From NCBI GenBank assembly GCA_964016885.1, contig OZ024740.1, forward strand, positions 341,992,001 to 342,056,000: a stretch of DNA of 64,000 nt. The letters run 5' to 3'. Made by a program: the position numbers and the translations under genes. The DNA is from Eledone cirrhosa. Its lineage: Eukaryota. Shown one piece after another: positions 1 to 14,464 of this stretch (position 1 is the first letter of the stretch; each line of letters starts with the position of its first letter). The notes under the pieces were generated by a model. The model saw nothing but the letters and a program-made list of their open reading frames with translations. It was not told where the DNA came from and did no database searches.

Positions 1-2532
1 GTTGGTTATTGACATGTGGAAGCGATTAAAGATAAAATTGATATATTAAAATAGTAATATAGTTAATATGAACCATTGTGTATTTCTAGGATATTGCATA
101 AAAATGTTCAGCATATATGTACAAATGACATACAAGATTAAATATACAAGTAACTTTGGAGAAATAACTATTTACAGACCAAATGTAGAGTTATAATTCA
201 GGACTTTGTGCTTGAAAAGCGAATTTCTTATTTCAGCAATATGAGTGAGATAGGATATGCATTTTATGAGTGTGTATGTTTGTAAATCTAAATTTAAAGA
301 GTTACATCTTTGACTTATTTCCCTTTGTTATACCATGTTTTCATAAAGAAGTGTTTAACTTGCTATATTTCAACTTCAACTAGGCCACAAATTTGATAAC
401 TCTTACAATCTGGAGAGATGGTCAAAACTGGGCCTGGAAATCTTACGAAGCGCTTTTGTTCCATGTATAAATATAAATGAATAATATATATATATATATA
501 ATTTGAGTCTGTGTTGGTTAATCATCGACACTTCAGTATGCAGGATAGAGCACTCGATGAAGTGCGCAGGTGTGTCTGTTTACTCCAAAGTATATTTATA
601 AACAAGAAGTGTAGGTCAACAGGTTAAAACAAGGTTAATTTTAACCTGTTGACTTACACTTCTTTTTATACACACACACACATGCGTGTGTATGTACCAA
701 CACTCATGGTGTATTATTAAAGTTGATAGTTTTTAATGCAGCTTTTGTTGTGATTTTTTGTGGGGGGTTTTCTTCCTACTTGAAAATACATTTATATTCC
801 GGGCTCATGGACCCTCACCCCCTAAACATGATAAAATAGAAATAAAAGTGATTGAGAAAAAATAAGATTTGAACCTATGGTGTCAAACTTTGATCTTGCA
901 GGGATAGCTGTTTGTTAAATTCATATTTGATAGTTGACAAAGTTGTCCAATACTGACAAGAGACAAAGTACTTAAGTGAAATAAAGATTCTACTAAAATA
1001 TGTCTTTTTGACCTATTAGCAGTAGAAGTTGATCAGCACAAGTGAATTTTTCTATCCCTTTGAAAGTTAATTTAACTTTGTTTTGGTGTTGTTATGGTGT
1101 ATAAAATTAAAGTTGTTTTTTCTTCACACTATATAATGCCTAGTTCTTGTATTTAATTGTTTTGAGGAAACTTTTTAGGAGTATTGTGTGAATAAATATT
1201 TATGGATTTAGATATTATTAGCAATGCAGATTTTCTTTTTCTTTTAAATCTGTATTATTGATGTCTTCTAAACTCAATAAATTATATTTACAGTGCTTCT
1301 AAAAGGTTTCTTTAAAATCAATCAAATATATCAATTGTTGTTATTTGGCTGAAAATCAATAATATAATAGTAAAATGGAGAGATCCTAGCTAGGGTTGTT
1401 ACAGAAATGTTTTTGATCAGAGACTAGGTTAGGAATGAACGTGCAGTCAATAACAAATTGAAATCTCTGGTATGTGTCTTCAGTAGTAAAATTCAGTGTT
1501 TTATGTAATAGTATAATTTCTGTGAACAATAGAATCTTAAAAGTTATAACCATTTGCTATCTTCAAATGTTTATGGTATTTCCTATTTCACAAATCACTT
1601 CAAATTATGTCTAAATCTCTCATTATTTTCTCTGAGTTCAGGGATTCCCAACTTTTTTTTATTTTGTTTAGCACATAGTACCCTTTAGAAAATAAATTTA
1701 CACCCCCCTATTTTGTTTAGTAATTTGAACTTCCGTCTCTACCATAATAACAATAATAGCACAAAACAACCTTATTTCACTTATGAACAACTAATAATAA
1801 ACAGATACTGGTACTAAAGCCAAATACAGTCAGTTAATATATATATACATGGATGAGATTCATCCTGATAATCAAACCTAAAACCATAGAAAGAAAAGAA
1901 ATTAGTATCTTAATAAACAAAATAGGCCTACTTCAGATTTTCTTATCAACTTCAAATTGATTTTAATTATTACTGTTAAAATAATGTAGCCCTGACTTAC
2001 AATATTTGTTTTTATTTTGAAATTTGAAACCATTATGTTTTTGCGATATGTTTTCACTTGTCTTTGATTTGGCTACATTGACTATGTGGGCAGACATTTG
2101 ATATTGTAGCCCCACCCCCTATTCTCACTGCTTTTCTCAATGATCCTTTGTTGTGCTATTTATCTATTTTGTCAGTCAAACCAGACCAATGAGTCAACAC
2201 CATAGATTTCAAGTTTCCTGTCTATTTCAATATACTTCTTAGAAATAGCTTTAAAAAATGAATAGAACAACAGCACCCAAACAAACAATACTGACCTAAG
2301 AGAAATATAAATAAATAAATAAATACACTAGCACAATAACAACAAACACATAAACACACACTAGTAAACTAAGATAGAATGCAATAACCAAAACACAGTC
2401 ACCAAAACGCGAACACACATTATACACATATGCAAATGCATGTGCAGAGAAGTTGACAAAAATAAATAAATAAATAAACAGATTAAATAAAGGTGGCGTA
2501 AATATACAATACAACAGGAGAAAACATAATAG

Positions 2533-2576
2533 CACCACTGACGATGTTGCAGATGTGCAACGAAAGAACTTTGTTA
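2533..2576 (+). ncRNA. Hammerhead ribozyme core, stem I degenerate
   Basis: CTGACGA-t-gttgca(gatg)tgcaac-GAAAG-aa-CTT, following an A/C-rich tract like a PLE terminal repeat. Confidence 0.5.
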
Positions 2577-3024
2577 GACTATATATATGTGTTTGTGACT
2601 ATATTATATCTGTATTTTTGACCATTGGTCAGTCAATGGTAAACATTGAGGACCGAATAAATTAACTGATATAAAAGATACAGAAGCGAAAACCAACCAA
2701 ACAGTGAGTGTGTTCTGTTATTAATTCTGGCAATATTATTACAACAATATGACCCTCTCCAAGTATAACAATATTTGTTACGACACGATTTCATATCAAA
2801 AACCTTGCAAAACAAATTCATCGCTTTTTATTTTTTTTTATTTTGAAACTCTTCAGACCTTTCATAAAATGACTAATGGTTTTGAAAAAATATGTTTGCT
2901 ATCATTACATTAGAATAATATATTGTTGTTTAGCTGGTAAAGGATTGAATTTAGAAACAAGAGAATCAAATTTGATCTCAGCAGAGAGAGTAGCTCGGTT
3001 TAGAGGTCAACTATAGACTAATAG

Positions 3025-3658
3025 TTAACTCTTCTCATACCAAAACCTCTGAAACCACCTTTGGTTCTATGATTCAAAACTTTGTTATATTAATGTGAAA
3101 ACCTATCGCAATTTTATGTAAGAACCTTTAAGTAACTTACCCTCCACCTCTTAGTCCCAGCTGACAGGATGGAGAATACATTACCCCAGAGGATGGTGAG
3201 AGAGACACTCTAGAACAGCCAGTCCACCTTGTGGGGCTTGCACCTGCAGGCAGTCACTTAGTAAAATAATTAACTTTATCATTATCAAGTTGAAGTCTAA
3301 CACCTACAGGCAGCCAATACTGCTCCGATAGCAGTGAGTAGAGATGTGGTCCAGGAGCCAAAAATGCTAGAGGTCTCCACTGCTACAGGCTGTACCACAA
3401 ACTTATCAGAGAACAGCTGGCTCTTTGTTAGGTTTGTGGTAGAGCAGTGGAGATTTCTGGCATTCTTGGCCCCTGGACCACATCCCTGCTCACTGCTATC
3501 AGAGCAGTATTGGCTGCCTGTAGGTGTTAGACTTCAACTTGATAATGATAAAGTTAATTATTTTACTAAATCCCTCCAAATTCTTGATTATTTTCAAATT
3601 TATTTGAAAATAATAGATAGTATTTTACATTAGAAATATGGTAATGAAAGGGTTGAAT
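3025..3658. mobile_element. TTAA-type (piggyBac-like) MITE family A, interrupted by a GC-rich repeat fragment and an inverted duplication
   Basis: Body shared with the copies at 22140-22421, 40649-40888 and 55626-56216; ends resemble ttaacc...ggttaa. Confidence 0.55.
3258..3569. repeat. ~310-nt near-perfect inverted repeat (fold-back)
   Basis: Arms ttagtaaaataatt...ctccactgct and agcagtggag...aattattttactaa are reverse complements; centre near 3416. Confidence 0.92.
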
Positions 3659-5469
3659 TCATCATAGATTTGCACACCTTCATAAAATTACGCGTATATA
3701 AAATGATTAATACATTTTTTTCTTTTTCTTTCAGACTGACTTATAATGTTTCCTCTAAACAGCTTCTTCCTTTGAGAACTTTTTTCTTTCTCAGTGTTAT
3801 TAATGATATTCTTTTACTGGTTTCAGTCATTAGACTGCAGCCATGTTAGGGCACTGTCTTAAAAAATATCGATGCATTGGCTGGGGATACTTTTGCTTTT
3901 TTTTTTCTTTATATATGTATCGTATGTACAATTTGAAGCTGTTCAAATTTGATATATCTTTGTTTCTCAAATTTTCATTCTTCAGAAAATTATTTTCATC
4001 AGTTGTTGTTTACCTGTTTTTAATTAGAATTTAAAAAAAAGAAAGTAATTTTGTTCTATTTTCAGATATTTGCTATTTAGTTTTCTGAAAGTTTTTCAAA
4101 ACCAGAAAGATATTCATTTGAATTTTCATGTTTAGCAAAGTTATACGTTCACTATAATGTCTTTAAAGTAATGTTCTTATTAGTTGTGACTCATATCTGT
4201 TATTGTTTGTGCTCTAAAGTATATCAATCCTACAAAATATCTGATACTGCCACAGAAAGCAGAAACATAACTCCCTCATGAATCCGTTATATAGATATAT
4301 ATGTTTAGTCATATACCTACTGCTGACAGTACACATGCGGCATACACTTTCACCTTGGTCTATATATATATGTGTGTGTGTGTGTGTCAGGATTTTACAG
4401 GTTTAAACTAGTAAGAGTACTCTATACTTGGAATAGTGGAGAGTCGGGGCCCAACGGCTGAGCTCTAGCCATTTTAACAGCAAATTCCAGCCTGGAGATT
4501 TATCTCTCTGCTGTGAATAAGCATTCTCATCAGGGGTGTGGCCTGAGATGATTGAGGTGTAGAGTAAGAGGAGCTATGGTTGGTAGCCTTTTCAAGGCCA
4601 TTGTATTTATTTTTGAACTTCCGGGAATTAGCTGTGTATGTGTGTATGTTTTATTGTCTAAGCATTGGAGTGGTGAATGATTGTAAAGACCAAGAAGAAT
4701 GTATGTTTTTGCTGAGTTCCTTCAAATTATTTGTGTGTTTATGTGTGGCTGTCACTGTCTACCTGTACTGGTGCATTAGAGAGGTCAGAAGTTTTAACAT
4801 GTCCACATGCATAGGCACCTGCACACATCCAGTTGCACGCTCCCACACATATCTTGTTTGCACGTTGGTTTTTACCGTATTCCGCTTATAATGTCTATAA
4901 ATTTATCTATTTTCTCTTTGCCATCCATAGACTTCGAGACTTTTCTACTTGCCTCGAACATGAGGCTACCTCACTCCCCATTCTCTCTCTCTCTCTCTCT
5001 CCCTCATTCTACATATCTCTTGCATTATATTTCCCCACTTATTTTTCTCGCATTCATTCTGCAAACTACGAGACAAGCACATTGGTTTTTACTATATTCC
5101 GCCTATAATGTCTGTATAAATTCATCAATTTTTCTTTGCCGCCCCATCTAGACTTACTCATCTATCACATTTTCTCTCCCCCACCCCCACACACACCACC
5201 ATAGACTTACTGACCAATCAAACCACAACATACCTCCATCCATCACCCGCGGCAACAAATGCTACTACTAGTTATCTTTCTTAACCATTCTCCTCTCGAG
5301 AAATCTGTCTATCGTTGTCTATGGATGAGCTGAAGATGATGAACAACTTGGGATGAATATGAACCCACGTTTCCAGGCAACCATGCGAATCCTTAATTCA
5401 GATACAGAAAACATACACCCACCTCCTACTCCGCAAAAACCCACCCTCCCCTATTGATGTCAACTCCCA

Positions 5470-8428
5470 AAATTCTAAATAGGGACCATCAATGTGAGCA
5501 CAATGAAAGGAAGAACGGGAGAAATTATAGAGATGTTAGAGCGAAAGGAAATTGATGTATGTTGTGTACAAGAGACTAGATGGAGAAGAGGGTCTGCTAG
5601 GCTCCTCGTTGCTCAAAAACTGCTACAAATTTTTCTGGGAGGGAATGGCAACAGGTTGGGTGGTGCAGGTATACTACTAGCTGACAAATGGGTAGATAAG
5701 GTAATCTCAGTGAACAGAGTAAACGCGAGAATCATTAAACTCAGACTAGTCCTAAATAAAACAATAGCTACAATTATATCCGCTTACGCACCCCAATCTG
5801 GGTTGCCAGACGAACTCAAGGATAGGTTTTTCAAGTCCTAATGCACACTACCACTCTAACAAATGACAATGACTCCCTACTTATTGCAGGGGACTTTAAT
5901 GGACACGTTGGGAAACATAGTGATGGCTTCTACAGAGTCCATAGAGGCTACGGGTTTGGCGTAAGAAATGAAGGTTACAGGCTTCTAGAATTCTGCGACA
6001 TCGATGACCTGTTGATATGTAACACAAACTTCAAAAAGCCCAACAACCACCTGATCGCCTATAGATCCGGGGAGCTTACTAGCCAGATAGATGTTATCCT
6101 AACCAGAGGACGAGATAGATGGATGGTTGTAAACATGAAAGCCTTCCCGGGTGAGGAATATACTTCCCAACACAGCCTAGTAGTCAGCGACCTCACTGTC
6201 AGAGCTAGACGAACTTTGAAATAAAAGGCAACCTGGAGAAGAAAGATCTGGAAGCTGAAAGATCCCTCAGCCAGTAACAAATTCAGAGATATTTTACTTG
6301 ATGCCTATGACAGTAAAGAACAGATAGAGACATTCAATGTAGAAGAGCACTGAGAGTTCCTAAAAAATAACATACTAAAATTGGCAAACGAGATCTGTGG
6401 TTGGGGAAAACTACAGGGAGAAAGAGAATGACTTGGTGGTGGAACAGTAAGATAGATGAAGCAATTAAGGCCAAGAGACAGGAATGGAAACAATGGAAGA
6501 ATGAGGGAAGCAGGATACATTACATAGAGACCAGGAGGGAAGCTAGGCGACAAGTATACTTAGCTAGAAGGGAAACGGAGGATAAATAATTCAAGCATGT
6601 TTTGCAGCGTGAGGACCAGAAACAGGTGTTAAGGATTATGAGACAGTGTGTTTAGTGAAAATTGCGATGTCATCGGTGAGAAGTGTGTCCAGGATGATAA
6701 AGGTGCACTTACCCTCACAGATGCTGAAAAGAAAGAAGCATGGAAGAGCCATTATGAAAGATTACTGAATGAAGAGAATGCATGGGAGAAAGAGACCCTA
6801 CCCCAAGCAGACCCTAAAGAGGGCCCAGCAGTACAAGTCAATAGCAGTGTAGTTAGTAAGGCAATTAAGGATATGAAAACTGGGAAAGCAGTCGGTCCAT
6901 CGGGAATAGTTGCTGAAAGCATCTGGGTCAGTAGGACACACCATAACCGCACGTATTGTAAACCAAGTAATACTAGATGGCATCATACCATATGAGTAGT
7001 GCAGCAGCATCATTGTCAATTGCTATAAGGGTAAAGGGGATGTGCTAGATAGAGGTAACTATAGAGGTATAAACTGATGGACCAGCTAATCAAAGTAACA
7101 GAAAGAGTCATTGCACAGTTGATTGGGGACAGGATAAATCTAGATGAGATGCAGTTTGGATTTGTGCCAGGCAAAAGCACCACTGGGGCCCTCTTTCTTG
7201 TGAAACAGTTACAGGAAAAGTACCTAGTTAAAAGTAAGCCTCTCTACTTAGCATTTGTTGATCTGGAGAAAGCTTTTGACAGAGTACCCTATGACAAAAT
7301 TTGGTTGGGCTCTTAGAAAACTAGGAATAGATGAGTGGCTTGTGAAGGCTGTACAAGCCATGTATAGAGGAACAGCCAGCAAAGTTGGGATTAACAATGA
7401 CTATAGCGAGGAATGTACCAGGCTCTGTCCTTAGCCCGCTCCTGTTTATTATCGTTTCACAGGCTATAACAGAGGAGTTTAAGACCGGCTGTCCATGGGA
7501 ACTTTTGTACGCGGATGATCTTACGCTCATAGCTGAATCCATGGTGGAACTAGAGAAGAAATTCCAAACTTGGAAGCAGGGCCTAGAAAGAAGGGGTCTT
7601 AAAGTCAAACCTGACAAAGACTAAGGTTCTAGTAAGTAGAAGAGAAAACAGAATCCAGATCCCCTCAGGGACCTACTACCACTGCTGATTACAAAAGGCT
7701 TCTCCCTTAGAATGAAAGGCAGACTTTATGATGCGTGCGTATATACAGCTATGTTGCATGGTAGGGAGAATTGGGCGCTGTGTGCAGAGGACTTGAGTAG
7801 ATTGGAAAGAAATGAAGCCTGCATGCTCCGATGGCTGTGTAATAGTAATATACGAGAACAGCGAAGCATAAATGAACTGAGAGAGAAACTAGGCATAAGA
7901 GGAATGAAATGCTGTGTGCAGGAGAGGAGATTGCGTTGGTATGGACATATGTTGTATTTGAAGGATGACAGCTGCATAAACAAGTGCAGAGTGCTTAAAG
8001 TCATTGGAAGCCTTGGGATGAGGTGATAAAAGCCGACCTTACCTAATTGCACCTCTCAAAGGCGATGACGCATGACCGGGATCTCTGGCGATATGCAGTA
8101 ATAGAGAAGACCTAACTTCCCACGAGCACAAGCTGAAGCATATGTACACTATGCCCCCCAGCCCACACTGTTAAGTGGACATGTAAAAGACACGGCAAAT
8201 AGCACCCAATCCACACTATAAAGTGGACATGTAAAAGACACTGCAAAAAGCCCACACTGTCAATGTGGTTGGCGTTAGGAAGGGCATGCAGCCGTAGAAA
8301 ACCAGCCAGAAACACCCCTATATGAGCAAGACACAGTGACCCGACCCAACTTGCCTCTAAATGAGACCCGTCTAACCCATGCAAGCGTGGGAGATAGACA
8401 TTAATCGATGATGATGATGATGATGATA
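5470..8428 (+). mobile_element. Decayed RTE-clade LINE (APE endonuclease + RT), internally deleted, (GAT)n tail
   Basis: CCVQETRW, ISAYAPQ, AGDFNGHVG and SQID (APE); QFGF, AFVDLEKAFDRVP and LLYADDL (RT); RLRWYGH. Contains stops and frameshifts. Confidence 0.95.
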
Positions 8429-9346
8429 CTTACATACTCTGACACATGTCGACTGAGTCACTGATGTATTATTTATTTGTTTTATCAATTGTTCACAAGC
8501 CTGTTTGTCAATATTATTATTGTTTTTTGTTGGTATGTGTGTGTGATGGTTGTTATGTTGCAGGTGTGTAGGAATGATAATATTGTGCTGATAGACATTT
8601 GTGTTTTTGTTTTTCTGGTGTAGTGTGTATTCCTCAACATATAGCCAGTTCCTCAGGCAGGTCAAAATAACTGAATGTGTGTGTGTGTTGAAGAAGATAA
8701 TGTATATTAAACAAAATTTGGACCTTGTTATTTTCAGATGCTACAGCAGTTGAATTGGATTTTTCACCTATTGTAGTAGACTAGACCATGATTTGGACAA
8801 ACATATCTGATAAATTTTATGTAAAGAGAAAATATTTTTTACAATTGCAATTCTATTTAATTATATTATTAAATCTCGATATTTGGTTTTCACAATGAAT
8901 TAATCTTCCTGTATTTGAATTTGTTGATAATGTAAGAGTTTTACAATACCATGCCAGCTCCCTCTACCTTGAATTGTTTTACCTAATCTGGTGGCCTTCT
9001 TAATCTTGTTTTATTCTCAATTAAACCATTTCTACCTTCTGTTACAGTGGACTTTTTTTTTGTTTTATCTTGGAAAACGGCTTCTATTTCTGGTTTGATG
9101 TTTTGATCAACACAAGTTTTAATTTGATGTATATTAATCTTTACAAAGGTCTATGATATTGGATACTGCAGATATTAACCTAATTCTGCTTTTAATTGCC
9201 CTGATTGATTGCTCTTTATCAAACTATCAATGACCACTTGGGTTTGTTTTTATTTTAACATCCATTGTATTGTCATATCTATTGCTGAGGTTGTTCTTAT
9301 GTTTTTTATTTCTTCTACCAAAATATTCCTCCATCTTACAACACGC

Positions 9347-9381
<35 letters not shown>

Positions 9382-9759
9382 GTGTATATAAATATATATA
9401 TTATATTATATATTTTATATATATATGTATATATATTACAGACTTGCACCCCCCCCCGGGTTTGAACTCCCCACCCCTCTTCCTTTAGCCTTCAACTGAC
9501 TCCCCCTACCCATCCTCCTTTCCCCCTAACAAACACCACCAACCTCTACCCACACCTCACCACTCTACTAATACTTCTACTACTACACCACCCTTTCCTT
9601 CAACATTACCAATCTTCACAAAAACACACGCACTTAAACCCTGAACACACACATACACCAATATATACACCCATTCACACCAACTTTACCTCTTCACATG
9701 TCCACCACACCTTCTGCATACACATACATGCATACATACACACATGCCACTTTCACCCA

Positions 9760-9990
9760 CACACACGGGGCGGACGGAAGCCCCGTAAGCCATAGTGTAG
9801 GCAACCTGTCTAGGAGAGCTACCACTCCGAATAAATTGGTGCTGGGTAGAGAAGTCCCCTAAGTCCAGTAAGACAACTTCCCTAGTGCTGGTGGCACGAA
9901 TAAAAGCACCCGGTCCATGCTGTAAAGTGGTGCTGGTGTTAGGAAGGGCATCCAACCAGTATATATACTACTGCCAAAAACTATGAGCAC
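9760..9990 (+). mobile_element. RTE-related UTR fragment
   Basis: Carries the gttaggaagggcatcc motif shared with the RTE tails in this window. Confidence 0.5.
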
Positions 9991-11095
9991 AACAAATGAG
10001 AATTGCAACAACTGCGTAAACAGCAATAACACTAACCATGTTAGGGCTGCACATGGTAGTGGGGTGGCTAGTGTGGCCATGTGCGACAACCCCCCCCCCC
10101 CCCCCCGACTGTCGTCAAGCAATTGCACAACAAGAATATGAACCGTCCTACCTTTGCAAGCAGGAAAAAGCGGACATAAAATGATGATGATGCCACCTGC
10201 CTGTCTACACAGCTACTAACCTCACACACACACACACACACACTCAGCAATACTACTAGCCTTTCACTCACCAGTCCTGTTCTGCAGGCTCCACCTCCTC
10301 CCCTCCCTCTCATACATTGCCCTGCCATCATCACCCTCACTACCCTCTCCTCCCACTCCTTTGACTTGACCATCTTGACCTCTTCCTGCTGCGCGCACCA
10401 CGATAACATTCCACTTCCTCATCGCCATATTTCAACTCAAGAAGAATGAATTTACCACATGGATATCCACGCGATTTTACATCCGGATCTTTACCATCCA
10501 CATACATACACACCAACATCCATTCAGAAACTTAGACACACACAAACACTGGCACCATTTTCACACATAGGCATCTACACATTTCACATGAACCCACATC
10601 ACCTACAGACACACCACGCATTCCCCTCTCTTAACCACACAAACACACACACATACACATCTACACATACACCCACACCTCACCCCACACCGCCTCCGGA
10701 TTTGACATGATCTCATCTCACCCCATCCAACCTTTTCCATCCACAAACACACACCCACACCTACTCATACAGGGACTATACATGCACAGAGATACACTCC
10801 TCTCCAACACACACTATGGTTTTTCATAACCCACAATCACATACACTCACTTCTTCCCAGACTCTCACACTTACATCTACACACACCTTACCTTCCACCA
10901 TTCCCGTTCGGACTCCAATTCTCTTGTTCCTATATTTATATATATGTTATATATATATTATATATATTATATATGCAAATAACTATGTTGAGTGGAGAGA
11001 AGTTATGTCAATGCAAATTTGATGATTTTTTCTCTTTTAATTCAGTGACTTTATTATTGTTTTCTGTCTAAAACTATCAGTAACATACTTTGACA

Positions 11096-11146
<51 letters not shown>

Positions 11147-11256
11147 CCATTCATACACACACACACGCGCACACAGACACACACTTCAATTTTGAACTTT
11201 TTCAATATCAAAGATGGGTTTTGTTTTATGATTTCTCTGTCCTTTTTCTTCTTCAG

Positions 11257-11314
11257 TACAGTCCATATCATACAGTTACTTCTGCTACAAATCTCTTGAA
11301 GGGCGGGGCACCCA
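11257..11314 (+). CDS. WDR59: WDR59 internal coding exon (58 nt, phase 0 to 1), YSPYHTVTSATNLLKGGAP
   Basis: Polypyrimidine tract + cag acceptor, and A|gtaagt donor. The SPYHT motif is recalled from invertebrate WDR59 upstream of RSNSWSD. Phase-compatible with downstream exons. Confidence 0.7.
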
Positions 11315-11901
11315 GTAAGTGCCATAAAGTAATAGTAATAGTAATATTAGTGATGGCATTACTACTACTTTGAAACAAAACAAAATTATCATTGTTTTAA
11401 AGTAAATGTGAACACAGCTGTTGTTGTTGTCAGTAGAAATAGTAGTAGTAGTAGTTATAATAATATTGCTACTACTTTATGTCTTGCATGAAAAAACAGT
11501 GTTGTCTGTCTCTTGTTTTAGATATTTTGCTTTTTAATAAGTTTCATACTTAATAAGCTTGTGTTTGCCTACCTACCTCAGATATAACAATTTTTGTATG
11601 TCAACCTCAACATGTGTTTGACACCACCTTTTATTTCCTTCACAGTAGTTATGTTTAACTTCATTTGCATGCTTAGTAAAATCTATATGTAATTTATTTT
11701 TACATGTACAAACACCTTCGGCAACATATTTACTGTTATTGATGTGTTCCTTTCTTTTATGGAATGATTATTAAATTTTGTCTGAATTTCTGAGATATGG
11801 AATTATCAGTATTATAAATGAATTTATTCAAACTAATGTCCTTATCTTGATTGTTATTGACTCAGCCTTAGATGTGTTAGTGTATCTTTATATACTCAAG
11901 T

Positions 11902-12128
11902 TTAACCCTTTAGCATTTACCTTACTCTATATTTACTATTGTATTTTTGAAGTAAAAGCTTTACCTCACTTATTATCTCACATAATATCGAATGTATGAT
12001 ATTTTGATATTATTTATTTTGAGAACAATACCTTAACATCAGTATGAGTAGCAAGTTATGGCCGGTTTGAACAGAAAGAGGTGATAGAATTCTGGTTGGA
12101 TACAGCCGGTTTAAATGCTAATGGGTTA
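11902..12128. mobile_element. TTAA-type MITE family B; further copies at ~24630-24798, 27389-27606, 28585-28797 and 60128-60316
   Basis: TIR ttaaccctttagcattt...aaatgctaa(a/t)gggttaa, with a body shared among the copies. Confidence 0.85.
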
Positions 12129-13497
12129 AGTGGAATAAGTAATTGACGTTACAGGTAATTAATTAACTAATACAAGGATATTATCCATTGTAATTTGATA
12201 TTCCAGAATGAGAACAATCTGCCCTTCATACTTGGAATAAAGTTTTTGAAATTCTAAAAACATTACTGAATATGATAGACAGCTGAAGAAGGCTGGAAAA
12301 TACAAACAGATGGTTAAAACATGATTATAACAACCACGATAAAGACATTAGTCTGACTAAATCAGTGTATAACCATGGTTATTAGTTTAAAGATACAACC
12401 TCCTATATTAAACAAAAGTGTAACTTTTGTACTAACCAGCAGAATTGCACAGTTTGGTTGAAGAAATTAGGTAAATGTAAATTTGTTAGATGGTGTTTGT
12501 TGAGATGTCTGAACAGAATCAACATATATAACACACAAATGTTAATTTTTAACATAAGTTCAACATTTATGATTTTCTTCCCATGATGAACTTAAGAGAA
12601 TTCATCAGCATCCTTTTACTTAATAAATATGAAATTAATTGTTAAGCTGTATCAAATCTAAATCCTTAACCTGTATTCAGTATTCTACTTTAAAATATTA
12701 CATTAGTCAATTCCTTCATTTTACAATCTCTTTGTCAAAGTTTGATTAAACAAATCTTCTCCATCTTGACTGAGCTTGCCACTCACCACAATCCCACATA
12801 GTGTTTGAAAGATTAGCAGAGCAACATCTTGTGTCCGCACAGAGTTGGTCAATAAAGGGTTTTGCTGGATTGATGACCCATGAATATCTGTCATGGTATT
12901 TATAGGACTGTATCACTAAGTTCTTGCTTAGTCCTCTAGCAATATTCTACGAAGGATATGCATCATTAATGGCATCAGTGATTTCAAAAAGATTGCCATA
13001 GTGTTATTGTTTGGTCAGAGGCTCTTTCCTAGAGATATTCAGAATGACCCATAACATGCTGGTATAAGCACCAGAATAATTGACTTATCTGAATACAACA
13101 AAGTAAATCTAGAATTGTTTGGTTCCTCATTGCATTCAACTCCCTAATTGATCTACAAGATGATGATAAGTCCACACCACCATGATTATAACATTTGAAA
13201 TTTCTTTAGCTCACCATTATAGTCAGTAATATCTGATCTGTTATAGTATGGAGTTAGTAGTTTTGTTCAATAATATTGTACTAACTATAACTTTGTAGTT
13301 TTAACGTATCATAATACCAATCTAATATACTTCGCTTTAACTGTAGTTATTTAACACACCATAATACTGTTTAGATAGCCAATCTAACTTAGATCGTTTA
13401 GCTGTTCTAATCCTATCTTCTCAAAATATTGTTATTAATTAAAATAACTGTGATTTTATTATGCCTTGATGATATTTTCTATCTTACTATGATTAAT

Positions 13498-13820
13498 GTG
13501 AAGGCACATTGCTTTGTAGTCAGGGTATTCGGCTTACAGTCATAAGGTTGTGAGTTTGATACCTGGCAGTGTGTTGTGTCCTTGAGCAAGACACTTTATT
13601 TCATGTTGCTCCAGTCCACTCAGCTGGCAAAAATGAGTTGTACCTATGGTTCGAATGGCCTACCTTGTCACATTCTGTGTCACACTAAATCTCTTTGAGA
13701 ACTACATTATGGGTGCAGGTGTCTGCGAAATGCTCAGCCACTTGCATGTTAATTTCATGAGCAGGCTGTTCTGTTGATCGGATCAACTGGAACACTCATC
13801 GTCGTAAGCGACAGAGTACC
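13498..13820 (+). mobile_element. tRNA-derived CORE-like SINE; further copies at ~15000-15090, 21441-21700, 22620-22870, 28410-28910, 33328-33660, 34370-34468 (-) and 56608-56875
   Basis: A/B-box-like head, then gtgttgtgtccttgagcaagacactt (MIR/CORE-like) and ctccagtccactcagct. Confidence 0.85.
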
Positions 13821-14464
13821 CCAGTCAGTCAGAACTATGGTTATTATAATCAATCATCTTCATCAATGTTTTCACACCCATGCTGTTAGGGTTGGATGGA
13901 TAACTATACCATACAGTATATCACTGTTCATGTTTTTTGTAACTCAAAGTATCTTCAGATCTGATCACACCATTTCTTCCCATATTTCCATATCTCTTTT
14001 GTGATCTTCTTCTCAAATGGTGGTATGACCAGATGTGTTATTAAATACCGACCAACTGTTGTCAACAGTTTCGTTAGATATTTCATCATTTATTTATATC
14101 ATAAATAATATACAGAATAAATAACATATAGTGAGATTTGAATCAGTGCAGCATATATATGATTCAATGTATTAGTGGTACTTACTTTCTCAGATACTAA
14201 TATGGGTGAAGAAATAAAATCAATGTTGGCTGTAACTTAAATCTCTATTTTAGATGCTTTACTTTTAACTATATAACATTGAATTGAATATTTCAAAATT
14301 AATTATTTTGAGAGTTTAACTATTGCTACAATAACTATTTGGACTTAATGCTAGCTTCATAGCTATATTAATATACACTAGTCATTTTATTGAGCATCAT
14401 TATTTCAAGCTACTAGTATCAGTAGAGGGTCGGACGCCATGCTTTCCAGCATAGTTATATCCCT

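Noticed and set aside
384-464. Possible upstream WDR59 exon (tag|GCCACA...CAT|gtataa)
   Set aside because: Weak donor and no recognisable WDR59 similarity; needs RNA-seq.
3334-3633. 99-aa ORF
   Set aside because: Runs through an inverted duplication and a MITE; no protein features.
4440-4535. Minus-strand CTGATGA as a hammerhead (also CTGATGA at ~23942)
   Set aside because: No convincing stem II closure or intact GAAA/NUH could be assigned.
8160-8270. Regularly spaced ~47-nt repeats with a ccac...gtgg hairpin, superficially CRISPR-like (also ~53060-53190 and 57345-57460)
   Set aside because: The spacers are themselves homologous, the units lie in RTE 3' UTRs, the context is eukaryotic and there are no cas genes.
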